Position numbers and translations under genes: made by a program. 64,000 bases of DNA. Origin: Haliotis cracherodii (Eukaryota). The stretch covers positions 30,442,001 through 30,506,000 of the forward strand of contig NW_027266343.1 of the NCBI RefSeq assembly GCF_022045235.1, given 5' to 3'. This document shows positions 11,741 through 26,150 of the stretch, one piece after another (the stretch's first letter is position 1; the number at the start of each line of letters is the position of its first letter). Under the pieces are notes generated by a model. That model saw only the letters and a list, made by a program, of their open reading frames with translations. It searched no databases and had not been told where the DNA came from.

Positions 11741-14700
11741 AAAATATCAAGCACTTTCTCAGGGAAATTATGTTTATTTATATCATATGATGAAACTTTT
11801 CAAATAAGATATGTAATTATTCTAAACAATGTGCATATATAAACACAAACCCTATAGAAAATCATAAGAAATATAATTCCATGAGTTTCATGAAATTCAC
11901 AATGTACTATACACATTATTCATTATGATGACATAATCAAATAGACTCAAAAGTCAGCAAAGGTATTTCAGACAATTAAAGCAATTTAGAAAAATCAATA
12001 ATGTTGATGAGTACCTAACATTTGCAAAGAGAAATATATAAAAATATTTCACAATACATTATACATTCATTACATGAAAAATTGGTAAAGTGCTCCGCAT
12101 TTTGGCTGTCAAATAAATGATTAAATATTGCAAGGCCTTACCACTGAACTGGGATGGGTCTGAGATGAGTGCACTCATAAAGGTTTAATACACCGACTGA
12201 CAAAGGAAACAGCTTGTAGTTATGGCAGTTTTACAACCTCTGTACAGTTAACATTAAATATGCAAACTTGCATTGGCCTGTGAAATAATCTTGTTTACAA
12301 TGTTCTTTATACAGGAAACAGGAATTAATTATTCTAATATTCTAATAATGGCTATTTCTTCTAATCAGATCTACAAAAATGACATTACTTAGTAGTAATT
12401 TGGGTTACACCATATAAATTCTAATACTTATTATATCACCAGAGAATTGGTGTCTCCATTTTATGCCTGTCATAGCAATGTCTTTTAAGCAACTTAGATT
12501 CATAATATATTTGGTTTACAGATATGCCTTTTTAACTAATTGTCAGTGGTGGAAGAAAAATATTTCCAAAAATCTTTTTCATTTTATTTAACAGTTGCAC
12601 ATGTTTCAGGGGAGCTAAAAGTTAGTGTTAGGAAATATTACTTCTTTCTTTGAATGACAAGGCGTTTTTGTGACTTGACAACACTAATTTGTAAATAAAG
12701 ACCAATTTTACCGATCATATTGAAATCATTATCGCAAATATCTCAAAGAACTGATTCTAGAAATATGCAGGTGAATATTTTGATACCTTATTTACATACA
12801 CAATTGAGAAACATATCCGAAAAGATTCTGCACAGATACATTACAAGGAGCTTACTGTTCCTTGTTATTCTTTGAATTCTAACATAATCCCTTGAAGTCA
12901 CATCTGTAATTTCTAGCAAACTTTATCACTTTAAATATTTACCATTACTCTGTTACAGGCCAGCGGTCAGAGGTAACATAATACGCCTTCAGAGGGGGAT
13001 TAGCACAGAGCCCCTGACACCCTTCACTGGCAGCCTTGGGGGTCTGGCATGTCCCCCTCAGTTAGAGTCAGATCATTGTCTGATCCATTAATTACATTTC
13101 ATCTCTCCTCTGTCACTCTGTGATGTTATCACAACATTCTAACCGTCACGCTGATGTTTATTGCTCCCAACTAGTTGTAGATTTCACATCTTGCACCTTG
13201 TGAAAGGGACATTTTGTTGTTTGCTTGTCAGATAATGTAGAAGAACACAGACCCTTTCAATATGTATGGTATTTCTTTGTAAAATGGGTAGAATTTAATG
13301 CATGTTCAGTTCAGTTTTTTCTTTTGTTTTCAGGGCCTTATAAACATGTTTTGGTACCTGAAGAAATTAACGAAAATCCATATTTAACATTTAAATAAAT
13401 AAATGTAACTCAAACAAATGTCTTGTAATCACAATATCTCTGTCTTTTATGACACATCCTTATATTTATTAACTGAAAATTTACCCTTAATTATGCACAA
13501 TTTACAACACTTAAAGATAAGACACTTCATGAGCAAAATAAATTTAAGGATTTTTTATTGCTTGTAACCTTTCAAAGGTTTTTTAAAGGAAAATAATCTC
13601 AACTGTTTAATATTTTCTAATGGCCTGTCTTTAAGTGTATTAAGCAGGATCTACAAAGATCTATTCATGGTTTGTTTGCTGTTTAACACCGCACTCAGAA
13701 TATTCCAGCTATGTAGCTACATTTCCCAATGTTCACTAAATCAGTAGATTCTTTTCCTAGTTTTGATTACATTTAATTAGTAATATGCCTACATTATTGG
13801 TATCTTTTTGCAAACTGTTTTGTCGTATACAATAATTAATGTGCTTGTTCCAAGCAGAGAACTGAAGATTTCTGAAAGAATAATTTATGGCTATTCATTT
13901 ATACATACCCTCCTATTTCATGCAACTGTAAGCTAATCTGACACATACATAGGAACAAAATAAACACAACAGTGGTTATAAAACATACAAAAATGTAAAT
14001 ATCAAATCACAAAGTGCATTGTGAAATATACAACATGTTTCTGTTTTCACCCAAACCACCTTCTTTTAAACGTTGTGATAAAACTGGCATGCTTTTCCAA
14101 GCTGCATTGAACCTAACTCACTTGTATGTAAAGGGCAGGGATTTATTTGGTTTTACCATGGACCTATATAACAAGTCTGTGGTTTTACAAACCAATCCCA
14201 AATATTCAGATTTCAGACTAACCGTGAAAAAAATAATTGTTTCAACATTGTGATTTTCATTTTTCTTATAGGAGTTGTTTAACACTGCATTCAAAGCAAT
14301 AGTGTAGAACTCAATAAAACCTCTTGCATCCCCTTTAGTGGTACTGCTATCAGTAATTGCAAGTCAATTACATCAGTGGTCACAGCTGTAACATGAGTTG
14401 GGGAAAGTTTGGATTCAAATTTGTGGATTAAGCCGACATTGGTTGCATGGCCCTGTATCTCCATCAGCAGGGCCTGAGATTAAGTCATGAAAGGGTGTCA
14501 TGATAAACACCAGGGATTCATCCAGGATTCTAATCTAAGTCAGTAAGTGCCCAAGGCAGGCAAATATGGGCAAGAAATATTATTTTGTTCAAAACTGGGA
14601 TTTTTTTTATAGTTCTTATTTATTTAAATCCAGAGTTATTTTGACATTTTAGGCTTGCATTTGTAAGTTCATTTGATTTTTGGTCCTGTTATTATAGGGA

Positions 14701-17700
14701 AATACAAGTTACAAAACCATAAAATTAGTGATTAGTTATTACATAAATTGGGAGATTTTTAATTCCAATTTGGGAATATTAACTGGCTTTTGCTACCGAT
14801 GGGGCCAGATATTGGGCTCTGAGCTGGTCTAGATAAACCCCTGAACACATACATCATGCCTTCATTAGCACAAATACCATATACCAACAAGATACTCACC
14901 AGACCATGTTGACACATACGTTAGATATTTTCCTCATGCTTCATCGCACCAAAATGAAAAGAGAATGTCAAGTGACAAGCAGCGACTGATTAGCCAGCCT
15001 ATATAATTACATAACCTGCATCCAGGATGACTGATTGCTGCAGGACCAATGCAATGTTCATGTGGTGGTCAAATCCATAGTCTTGTACATCAATCAGTCA
15101 TAGGTCATGCTCCACTTGCCAAACACTGACCCATACATGCCCAACAGCTGGGTAAGAACTTTGGTGCACAACACAATAAAACAACACCATTGCCAGGGGC
15201 AGTGGGGGAGGGGGCTGGGGGAGGGAAACGGTGTTGTACCAGGACACTGGGGTACCTCTATGGGGTGAGGAAGGGGACAGAGGATGTTAAATGTCATTTT
15301 ATGGTGCTCTTGTTCCTTGTGAAAGGTATTAATTACATAGACATGGTGATAAATTCAGAATTAGGTCAAATGTGACATGACTCATTGACAAAATATGTGA
15401 GCTGTTTCTGAAAATTTTGTATATTATATTTTGATCAGATTAATATTTCATGAAAATCAAATAATATGTTATGCATGCATCAATTTACAAAAGGTGTCCC
15501 AAAAATAATAATATCACCTTGTAATTCACCTGGCTGTCAAGATAACATGCTCAACATTTCATTCACTGTTGTCCTGATCAATTCTTTACATATATTCTTC
15601 TAATCTTGAGGAATTGCATGAAATTTTGAAAATAAACAAACTAATTTTAAAAACAGTTTTTAATTACGAAACTTCTCTCTAGAAACACCAAGAAAGTTTG
15701 TCATGACTCATAAAGCTCTTTGACCAAGAAAATTTTGACACATAAACAACTTATTGATTTATTGAGTTGATATGACAGAATACAAACACATGTCGAATAT
15801 TGTGGACACATTAAGAAGTTCTCCATTTTGTTCTGTTTTCTCCTGATGCTATGCACTGTACAAGGATTTGTGTTAGTCTGATCATCTAGTTACCAAATAA
15901 GTTGTTACAAGAAACCAAATAAATTATGCAAGCATTTGTTCTTAAAGCTTATGACCTTTTAAAAAGCATAAATGTAATGACTAACACTGTGTGAGAACTC
16001 TCTAGAGCTGAGATGAAGTAATATCTTTTTAAACACCAACACACAAGTTTTGGCACGGTCCATAGCAAAAATGTGAAACTTGCTACAGTGAATTATTACA
16101 AATTTCTTTTTAGCTTTCTCCACAAATGTACTTTAAGTAGAGTTCGAAATGAAGCATGGAAATCAAGGGTCCTTCTCATAGCCCTTAAAGATTTTGGGGG
16201 TCTCTAGACTCTATAGGACCAAATATGAAGGACCACCCTAATTTCAAACACAGTAAGGCATAGCGTGTCCTATAAAAATTGAAAAAATCATGAAAATGCC
16301 CTAATGACGTTTGTCTCTCGCAAAATCACTGAGATCTAGCCCTGACTACGTATAAAATTAGAAACGTGAAACTGGTACTATGTTGATACAGGGGTTGTAA
16401 TGATTATTGACAAAATCCACTTCTGAGTATCTAGAATAATAGCCATGTTTACACTCAAATCCTTATGGCAGCTCCCATAGGGTGTTTACAACATGACACA
16501 CTTCTTATAATGTACTCAACATATCTGCTAGGTGCACTGCACCACAATTAAACCCCAAGCTTATTCCCAACTTACCTATATATGACAGGAACAGCACATC
16601 ACATGTCAGCATACAAAGGATTAAAGAACACTAGCACACCACAACAGCCTAGCAAGATCTTGTACCAGTATCCACAAAGCCCTTCAACCAAGTCACTTCA
16701 AGCACTGAGGTTTAGAGTGAGGTAAAAGTGATATCCCACAGACCACATCCGGACTTCAGTTCCAGTCAGTGTGGTCAGTTGAATAGGTGAAGATGAATGG
16801 CTTGACCCTACTGGCCAATCACTCACAGCTACCAGCCTAATGTAACAGCTTGGTTGGCAGAACAGCTTAAGAAGTCAGGCCAATTAACAAAGCTGGATTA
16901 CTCCCTTATCTGGTCAGCCATAATTACCTGTGCAGGGTCTTTTGTCAAGTAGCATGGCACAGACACAAGCCTGGGCGACAAATCATTGATAAATTTGGAA
17001 GCTCTCAAGTGATAGCAATCCTCTCTGGGATGAAAGGAGTGTTGAGACAGAAGCTTTACCATTGTATGGTTGTGTACAATGCAATATGTCACCCTAACCT
17101 TAGGCTGGTGACACTGTTATCTTAATTGTACACAACAATAAGTTTTGATAATGTGAAGTAAATGGATTTAAGTTGGATTTATGTATAATTTCTTAATGTT
17201 CCTACTAAAAAATAGTAATCTATTTTGCTAACTAAAGATTTATTTTTGCATTTTTATTCCATACTGTAAGAAAAAAATAAAACAAATTTTCACTGCCATT
17301 ACCTAAATGTTTAGTTAAGTGGTGGGGGAAGTTAGGAGTCAAATTAAATTCCAAACTCAGTGCACCGGTTTCTTGGGAAAATTCAAAATAGTGTAATGTA
17401 CTATATTTTCCTGTCCTGTGTACAATGGGAAAGATTATTGTATGTTCCCTTTACCTAAAATTTATATTTTCTTATTAACATCTGATTGGCAGGATAAGGG
17501 AAAGTACGGTAGTCTTACCAAACAGTATCTGATCATATATGCTCCTTTGTATTGAAGTACATGATGAATAATCCAGTTTGCAAATACTGGATGTTGATAT
17601 GAGCTCAAGTTGAAAAATCAGTGCATAACTTAGCTGCAAAATGAAAATCATTTACATTGCTGTGATTCGTTGCAATATACATGATTCCATTTTCAATATT

Positions 17701-17830
17701 TTATGCACAATAAAATGTAATTTTTGTTAATATTTCATTGGGATATGTGGTTTACAAATATTCAAAAACTTTTATGTATTTATTGTTTTTATTAAATTTC
17801 CACATTTAAATATGTAAGTTTATCATTAAA

Positions 17831-18057
17831 TGTGACCAACCATGAGATAAGGGACCTTATGGGTGAAAAAATCCCATTTTGACTTTTCATTATATTTTAA
17901 AACTACAGCATCTTTGGTACACAAAACTCCAATTCATATTTATTACAAAGATACATAATATCACACATGGCTTTCTTCAAATGTCAAATGTCTTATGATA
18001 TCCCAGCACAATTGTATCCTAGCACCCATTAGGTCCCTTCTCTCCTGGTGGGTCACA
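17831..18057. mobile_element. MITE with TIRs of about 35 bp
   Basis: tgtgaccaaccatgagataagggaccttatgggtg ... cacccattaggtcccttctctcctggtgggtcaca. Confidence 0.8.
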
Positions 18058-18192
18058 ATACTGTCATATATAGTACTGGTTATCACTTTGACTATTCATA
18101 TAGATAATCAGAGCTTGCATGTTAATCGATTTTAAATGTAATGATTTCAGCCCTAGTCATGGAAGAATAACATAAAACTACTGTGGCTAATA

Positions 18193-18412
18193 GTGAGTGA
18201 GTGAGTTGGGTTTAACACCGCTTTTAACAGTATTCCATTTATATCACAGCATGTCAGCTTAATGTGGGAGGAAAGCCCACAGTGATGCAGGTCTCAGACG
18301 TTTACCACTTCGGTGAAACTCTCGAGCACGGATATGGTGCTTACAAACCTAGAAACATAATTGGGGCGAACCGGGATTCGAACCCACAATCATAGGTTTC
18401 TGGGATGACACA
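18193..18412 (-). mobile_element. SINE family B copy
   Basis: gtgagtgagt tail; B box (gggattcgaaccc on +); matches 45944-46219. A further fragment lies at about 19006-19144. Confidence 0.85.
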
Positions 18413-20138
18413 AGAAGTCATATGTCTATTACATATGAAAACTAGTCTATCGTAACTGTTGCGATGTCATGTTTATTGCAATTATATTACAGAGGAATAT
18501 ATATATCATACAACATATTCATATTCCTCCATATTTTGCTCCATATCAATGTGACATTATAGTAAATGACGATTGTTCTGACGACATCAAATCCCTGACT
18601 GATTATTTTATCTATAGCCCCCAGCTCTAGTTATATGTACCACTAAGTTGTACTGTATTTATTGTATTTATTGCAGCATTTTGCTTAGTAGTTTTGACCA
18701 CTGTCTTTTGAAGCTGATTGAACTGCCCACTGTCTTCGAAGCTGGTGGAATTGTATAAGGGTCTTTGCCATAATAAACTTAAGAATGAATGTTTGTAACA
18801 GCAGAAACATGTCTCGGTCCTGGGGATGCACAAGTTTTTGTACAGGACATCTGAGGAGAATTTAGACATTAATTTATGCACTGCAATAAATATGTGTGTT
18901 TGTACATAAGACTTCTTTGCACAGTGACTTTTGTACCCTTTGTCCCCTAATAACTATGGTATATTTACTATTGTTTTGTTGCCATGACAAAATAAAAGGT
19001 GAGTTTGTGTGTGAGGTGGGTTTCACACTGTTTTGAACAGTATTTCAGTCAAATGATGGCATGCCAGCTTGATGTGACAGGAAAGCCAGCAGTGATGCAG
19101 GTCTTAGATGTTCATCACTTTGGTGAAACCCTTTAGCACTGGTATCAGGGATGCTAGCCCACTAGCACGAGTAATTTGTCTAATGTCATACTTTTCCTAA
19201 GAGCTGGTAAAACTTCAGGATTTTTCGGGGGATCGCTATATGTTATCACTATTCTGGCTACTAAGAGATGCATGTACCTTACACGACTAGGCCAATGTGC
19301 CCCCCTCCCAAGAGGTTATCCCAAAAATTTGAGTACATATTCAGCAAAATGTATATTATATTGCACATAAAAATAATGGTAGAATTTGTTTGTATATGAT
19401 AACTCATACAAGACTGAACTTATATATTTACAAACCCAGTTATATCAAATGAAGGCAAATAAATAGTGAAATAATATTTGGTTTGATTCCTTATTGAAAT
19501 GGTTTTTGACATGCACTAAGTAACAGATTCTGCTGGGTAGAGAATAGTCAATTAAGCTCATTGCTCAGCATGCTACCTTGATAGTCAGCACAAAGCAGAG
19601 TCTCTATGTCATGCATAGAATAATTGTCAGGTCTATCCTCTGATGCAATCTTTGCAGCTTATCAGACATGCAGCTGCTGGCTTAAGCAGTAAATATCAGG
19701 GTTGGACACTCCCATACATAAAAAGAAATGTACTGGCCCATGAAAACAGTGCGACACCTACACTACCCAATTAGCCCATGGCAAGTAAGAACATAATAAG
19801 AATGTTAAATGGTGCACTAGCTGTTTTTAGTGACAAGTTTCAATGCTAATGCCTTGTCATTACATGGTTTCCCAAACAGGAACAGTGGTCAAATGAAAAA
19901 TACAATTTAATGAACATGGTTTTCTTTAAGTCAATGCTTAAAGTCTTGTCTGTTTGAAGAAATATGAAAAAAAATATGAAAAAGAAAGATTCAGGAAATA
20001 ACAAGTCAATTGCCTACTTTCATTTTTTTCATTACTTGTTCTACATACTAAGCAAGACAAAAAAATTGAATTGAATTCCACACTTGTCAAATTTTAGAAT
20101 AGATTTCTTGACCAACCTGAGAGAGCCTATCTAATCAC

Positions 20139-20532
20139 TAGGGCTTGGACAAGTCCAAATTTTCTACCCAGGTACCCCAAACCCTATTATCCTACCCTAC
20201 CAGGATACCTGCTGTAGGTCTCAATAGATGGGTACAAAATCTCTGATTGGAAATAGTTTGACCGTTACCCTGGCAAAATATATTTATGTACAAGTATCAA
20301 GCAATCTGATCATGCCTACACTGGCAATGACTGGAGCTTTATCTTTATTCAAACATATATAAAGTCAGAAGAATGTGTGCATAGTCAGAAAGAAATGCAA
20401 ACATCTAGATAATTTTTGTCATTAAACAATACATCACATGACTTACAATGGGTCCGGGTGGTACTGTGGGTACACAGGTCCTACTCAGTACCCAACCGAC
20501 ACAAGTACCCGTGTTACCTGTCCCAGCCTCTT
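20139..20532 (+). mobile_element. hAT-type MITE (TAGGGC...CCCAGCC termini)
   Basis: Perfect 8-bp TSD ctaatcac (20131-20138 / 20533-20540); homologous to 24000-24466. Confidence 0.85.
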
Positions 20533-21269
20533 CTAATCACTGATTTGATGCTTTCCTGTTCAAATGACTTCACAATACACACCAGTATTGTTTTTACCAG
20601 ATTTTCTGTTTCTTTACCCTTATATATTGCAATGAGATATATACAAATACAATAGTCTACTACTTGTCTGAACTTGGCTCCAGTCTTAACATCATTTTCA
20701 ATGGCTTGGACTATTATTAGTTGATATGACTAGTCTGAACAGATTTCTACTAGACTTACTTAGGCTTCAGGAAGAGTGGGTAGTTGGCTGAAAATGTACA
20801 AACAGGAAACAATGCCTTTTCAGTTAACTGTTTTCACTAATTACAAGTCAGCCATTGTCTGAGTTCAGGCAGTCTGGCACTGCCAGATGTTCAAAAGTTT
20901 CTGAGCCAGCTGCATGACATTAAAAAAACCAAACAAACACCCAAAATCAATATTGTAGGAATTTGTAGGTCTAGGCCTAAAATCGGTTGTTTTGTAGGTG
21001 AATAATGACTGGATAAGAATACAAGCCCTAAGTATTTGCATCTTTGCTTGCATGTTTTGCTCCAGCTTGTAAAATAATAATTCATTTGTGGCGTATAACA
21101 GGTTTACACTTTGTAAGACGTCAGTTCTGTGTAAGAAAAATAAATTAGGATTATAATGAAAACCAAAGTTGCGGTCTTGAAACATTAAAATGTAAGTATG
21201 TGGAAAATATTCGTGGGAATTGTCACATGTATACCTACTTCTTGACTATTGCCATACTGGAGGCATATT

Positions 21270-24200
21270 TCGTCTTTTGGCGATTTACAAACGTCGCGCC
21301 AGTGAAAAGTTTTCTGACTCCATGATGAAGCGCCACCTATGAACAACGGAAGTTAGACATGAGAGTTATCGACCCTTTTTAAGCTGAAGTAAACTAAATG
21401 TTGGGCCCATTTTGAAAGAGTATAGGAAATAGCTTCGAAATAAAGACGTGAACGGTATAAATATACAAATTACAAACGCGGTATGTTTTATCAAGTCAGT
21501 GGTGGAATATGTTGGAAACTTAAGTATGTATCTATATACATTACATGCAAATATTGGCAATATTCCGTTAACTATCAAGTCTATATAACGACAGGTATCC
21601 AATAAAAGAATTGTCACCATTCTAAACAGGAACCCGCATAGATCGTGTTTAATTTTCACTGTAAAACACATATTTAAATATATTTCACATTCACATTCTC
21701 GTTAATACTGCCACTTACCACACTCGTATTCAGTATGAAAAGAAACACTTAATGCATGCTCGTGTTAGCCTAATCCAAGACACGCATATTGCTTACATTA
21801 AACTATGAAAATGTGTCATGTGCTTTATATGGAATAAATGGGTTTAGTTCTTTTCCGGAGTTTTACGAATAAAATGCAGAATAACAGATGTGAGCTGAAG
21901 AAATGACGCAATGAGTCATACGACAGTAAGATGTTGGACTCAGTTGAATAGTTAATCTATAGTAATATAAAATAAGCAGTTCTTTAACTTCTCTTGAGTA
22001 GTATATATAACATAATATTTCAATCACTTATCACAGCTCGGAGACGTTGCGAAGGGTGAATAAAATGATTTGTCAGCCATCTTGGTTGCTTGTTTATGTT
22101 TTTCAACTCCTTGGATGCTGCTACTGAAGACCAAGGAAACGGCCATATTGGAATGGCTTGCGACCCTCCCTCTCTCCTTCAACTATATTTCATCCCAATG
22201 TCTCACTGCCAGATATAGATGCATGTTTGTTTAATGTCGTGATGCCTTTTGTACAATAGTAAAATAACCAATATAAATAGAGACCATTCTGTTTTAAGAA
22301 TTGCGTGACGTAATGTAGTTTATCTCATCTAAATTAGACTTGAGACTGGTCTTTCAAGTTATTTATAGGGTGTCCTTAAAATGATACCCCCACCGATGCG
22401 CCTATATAATAACCCCGCCCACACCCACCCAAACCCCACAGAGGAGTCGCAAAGGGAATTTTGTATTACGATCACATGAGTCCATTATTTCAAGCGTTTT
22501 CAACAAATTCTATTTTTTTCACGCCGCTCTTCCCATTGCGTTTTTCTGTTTTCCCTCTGTCGAACACCCTTCCGGCATTAATAAATAACCAAAAACAATT
22601 TAATTGATTGATCGCCACAAATGTAATTATTTGTCTTTTTCCCCACGAATATTATTGCCCCCACGCCACAGCGAGTAGGCGCGGACACTGGAATGTGCCA
22701 GTGACATGTAAAATATAAGCCTCAGGTGAAGTTTGTTTTGGCATGCAAAAATAGTGTGACCTCGATGACCAAGGGAAACAAGCTGGTTTCTAGCAGTTTC
22801 ATTCAATGCTTCATGATATGTGACGTTTGTAGAACAGCGAATATGGGAGTTTCCTGAAAACTATTTCAAACTGAAAGTGTCTCTCCTTTACACCTGTCCT
22901 CGTTTCTTTATTCGCGTATGTTGTTTTCGGTTCTGTTAAAAAGAACAAACATATAGAAAAATATATGCATACATGATTGTATATTCATCCCCACCCGCGA
23001 TTATTCTGTGAATATTTCCATATCAATATCCGAATATAATAGACATATCATACACTTGATAATCGAGGATGATCCAGTAAATTAAGAAAAATGATTAAAA
23101 GAAAACGAATTAAAAATGATAATTTATAACTGCAACTTGTACGCAGATTCCCCTCACAATCCATACATTGGCGGGAAGTGAATATAAGAGTATTTTATAC
23201 CCTCCCTGGTAATCGGCAGTGGCATAGTCGGGATCGATTTTATATAAATTTATATCAAAACGGGTGTTGGGTGGGTGGGTACGCACCCGGATCTACACGC
23301 CACTTCACAAGGGCAGATGTAAAATCTGAGGGCAAAGAGATCAATTTGTATCTCTTTACCACCAACCTCAAATAAAAATAGAATAAACTGCCGGGGAAAA
23401 GAAAGTATATATGCCCATGTGGCTAAAATGAAACAAAGAAGAAATGGTTATTCCAAGGTATTTTGATACGGGTATAATAGGCCATATTACACACACCAAA
23501 CCAGTGACCCTTTTACAACAAGCGACTTTTTTCACCCTGCTAACTTTTGTAATTTGTTATCAAATCCAATTTGTTAGTGTATGCTTTCTTTTGCCCGGCA
23601 GTTTATTTAACTCTTCAAGTGACTGAGTTTGGCTTGGCTGTCTTTGAACTGTGTTTCGGCTATGTTAAGGTGTGTCAACTTAATTAATTGAGTTGGAATT
23701 TGAAGTCCAAATTGGTGCTGACCCATATGCTAGGAATTTTGTCGCATGAGCCCTCCTCCTACCCAGTCACCCACACCGTCTCTCTGTTGATCCGTCAGAG
23801 CCATTTATAGCTACATAATAGGTGATGTTCTTGATACAGGAAATGACCCTTTGACAATAATTAAGTCATGCTAAAACACAGTGAAACCCATTAAGATTAA
23901 GTAATTAAACCTTTTCTCATTGACCAACTGAAGAAATCGTTTCTGGTAACTTGGCCCTACGTACGTATTTACTATAATAAATATATGTATATAACAGTAT
24001 AGGGCGGGGACGAGTCCAAATTTACTACCCGGGTACCCATCCCCCGGGTACCCGCTGCTGGTCTCAAGAGAAAGGTACAAAATGTCCGATTGGGAAACGT
24101 TTGACCCTACTCCTGTCAAAATGTATTTAGATACACGTATAAAATAACCTGGTCATGCATACACTGAAGTTGACTGAAGTTTTATCTTTATGCAAACCCC

Positions 24201-26150
24201 GCCGTGATATTGCTGGAATATCGCTAAAAGCGGCGTAAAACCATACTCACTCACTCACTCACTCACTTTATGCAACCATATAAAGTCAGAAGGAATGTGT
24301 GCATAGTCGGAAAAAATGTGATCGTTTGTCAATTATAGTGTAACCATAGAGTTCTAGATAATTTTTGCCATTAAACAATATAATCACGTGACTAACCACG
24401 GGTCCGGGTAGTCCTGTGGGTACCCGGGTCCTACTCAGTACCCACCCGACACCCAACCCAGCCCTATTACAGTATGGTTATATTTTGACAATCTTAAATT
24501 GTTTATTGTTGTTTTAAACTTATCCATATTGAAACACCACAAACGTCGATTGACAAACAGAACATTTAGAACGAATTCCGATCTCATTATATTTTGTTTA
24601 CGGTTAAACGATTTCAAACAACTTTTTATGTCGTCACAACCTCATTCCAGCTCAGCTGAATAATCTTCAATTTTAAACACAAAGGGATTCCACGACGATC
24701 GCCTTTGCAGACTGATTAAACAGGGACAGTACAGAAACCTGCCATCAGTTGTGTGCAATCACAACAACGTGGTCAATATTATAAATAAATATATCCTAAC
24801 ACGGACAATATTTGATCTGAAATGGCGCGCTCACCTGGACGACAACCATATATGGTAAAGCCGTACGATGGGCATGCGCATACATCGTTCGAATGCTTTT
24901 GACTCACTTCCGGGGAGCACACCGGTCGAAAACACGGAAGAGAGTTAAAGTTTGTGATATACCATTTATCTGCTGTCAGATTATAGAGCAATAACCAACA
25001 TGTCCGCTTCTCTGAGTGAGTACAAGAGCTGAAGTTTGTTATGACATGGAAAACATGTCCATTGCTTGTCTTTTTCAGAAATATTGGGAGTATCACACGC
25101 CTCCCCTTAGGCACAATCTACACGGCACATCCAGTCGGTGAATTTTAAACGAGTCGTACTTGATATTTGAACTGCAGCCATTATCATCCTTAAATTCCTT
25201 TCCTTTTAACGATAATGCTGCCTCCATGGCACGATTGTTTAATTCAATGTCTAAAACGTAACGAGGATAAATCATTGGACAGTGTGTGGATTTTTAGGAA
25301 CTTCAAACAATATAGGATGCAGGTGCGCCGTATGTTGGTAAGCCTCCCGCGTTGGGCAATGTCAGACAGTGAGGTCACTTGTTTACTTGTAACATTTTGT
25401 ATTTAATAATCATAACGTTTCGCATTTCATTGTCTGTTGGATATTATTTGTGATTTTTTAGTATGGTGAGTGAAATGTAAAATGACAAAAGAGTTATCTG
25501 CTCTTGACATGAGATTTCACACCTACTCATAAATCAGGTTGAAGTTTTTCTGTCTCAAGTTGTGACTCGAAATGTCAAGCATCAAACAAAATGTAACCGT
25601 TATGTAAAAATGAAAGCTTTATTTGTACCCAGGTAATTGTGTCCAGGTCTACTTTACTACATGATGTACAGAGGTAATCCTCTTAATTAGATAGGCCTCG
25701 CCTTTCAAAGGCGGAGGACTCATACATTGACCACTCAAGAAACAAGTGACTTTGATAATTTCCATGCATTACTGAACATCTCTCATACCTGTCACTTAAT
25801 TTTCATCAATGTTTTACATTTTCAACCAAAACCGAGGTGTCTTTTATCCAATTTATGAACCCTCTAAATGCAAGAAAAAATAAGAAAACATCGAGGTATC
25901 TTATATAGTGAAACAATACAGCGTGTCATGGAATAAAGAATATATTAGATCAAAGCGGGGAGAGAGAAAAAACATGTGCAGCATATGGACCAGCTGGAGT
26001 CGTGACATTTAAGAACTGACTTTCTATTTGTGTGAGTTCATAGAGTGAGAGCCATCGTAATACATTTTCATCAAGTACAAGGCGTCAAGATGGCCGACAC
26101 GATAAACGTGATGGGAGAGATTTTGGAAGTTGTTAATGAATCTGTGGCAG
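21270..26150. promoter_or_regulatory. Divergent promoter / first-exon region of Cyclin J and WDR1
   Basis: CpG-richer than its flanks. Divergent YY1-like CAAGATGGCYGACA motifs at about 22071-22084 (-) and 26086-26099 (+). E2F-like (TCGCGCCA), CTCF-like (AGCGCCACCTA) and ETS-like (CGGAAGT) words near 21295-21353. Exact start sites cannot be determined. Confidence 0.4.
24000..24466 (+). mobile_element. hAT-type MITE carrying a SINE C 3' fragment (24197-24265)
   Basis: TIR tagggcgggg/cccagcccta with 8-bp TSD taacagta/ttacagta. The inner SINE is flanked by the 10-bp TSD ctttatgcaa and is absent from the 20139 copy. Confidence 0.87.

Noticed and set aside
12142-12196. Candidate 55-nt Cyclin J 5'UTR exon (tgtcag|...|gtaagg, minus)
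   Set aside because: Splice signals alone are insufficient without transcript data.
14511-14843. Possible hAT MITE (cagggattcatccag / ctagataaacccctg)
   Set aside because: TIRs are degenerate and there is no matching 8-bp TSD.
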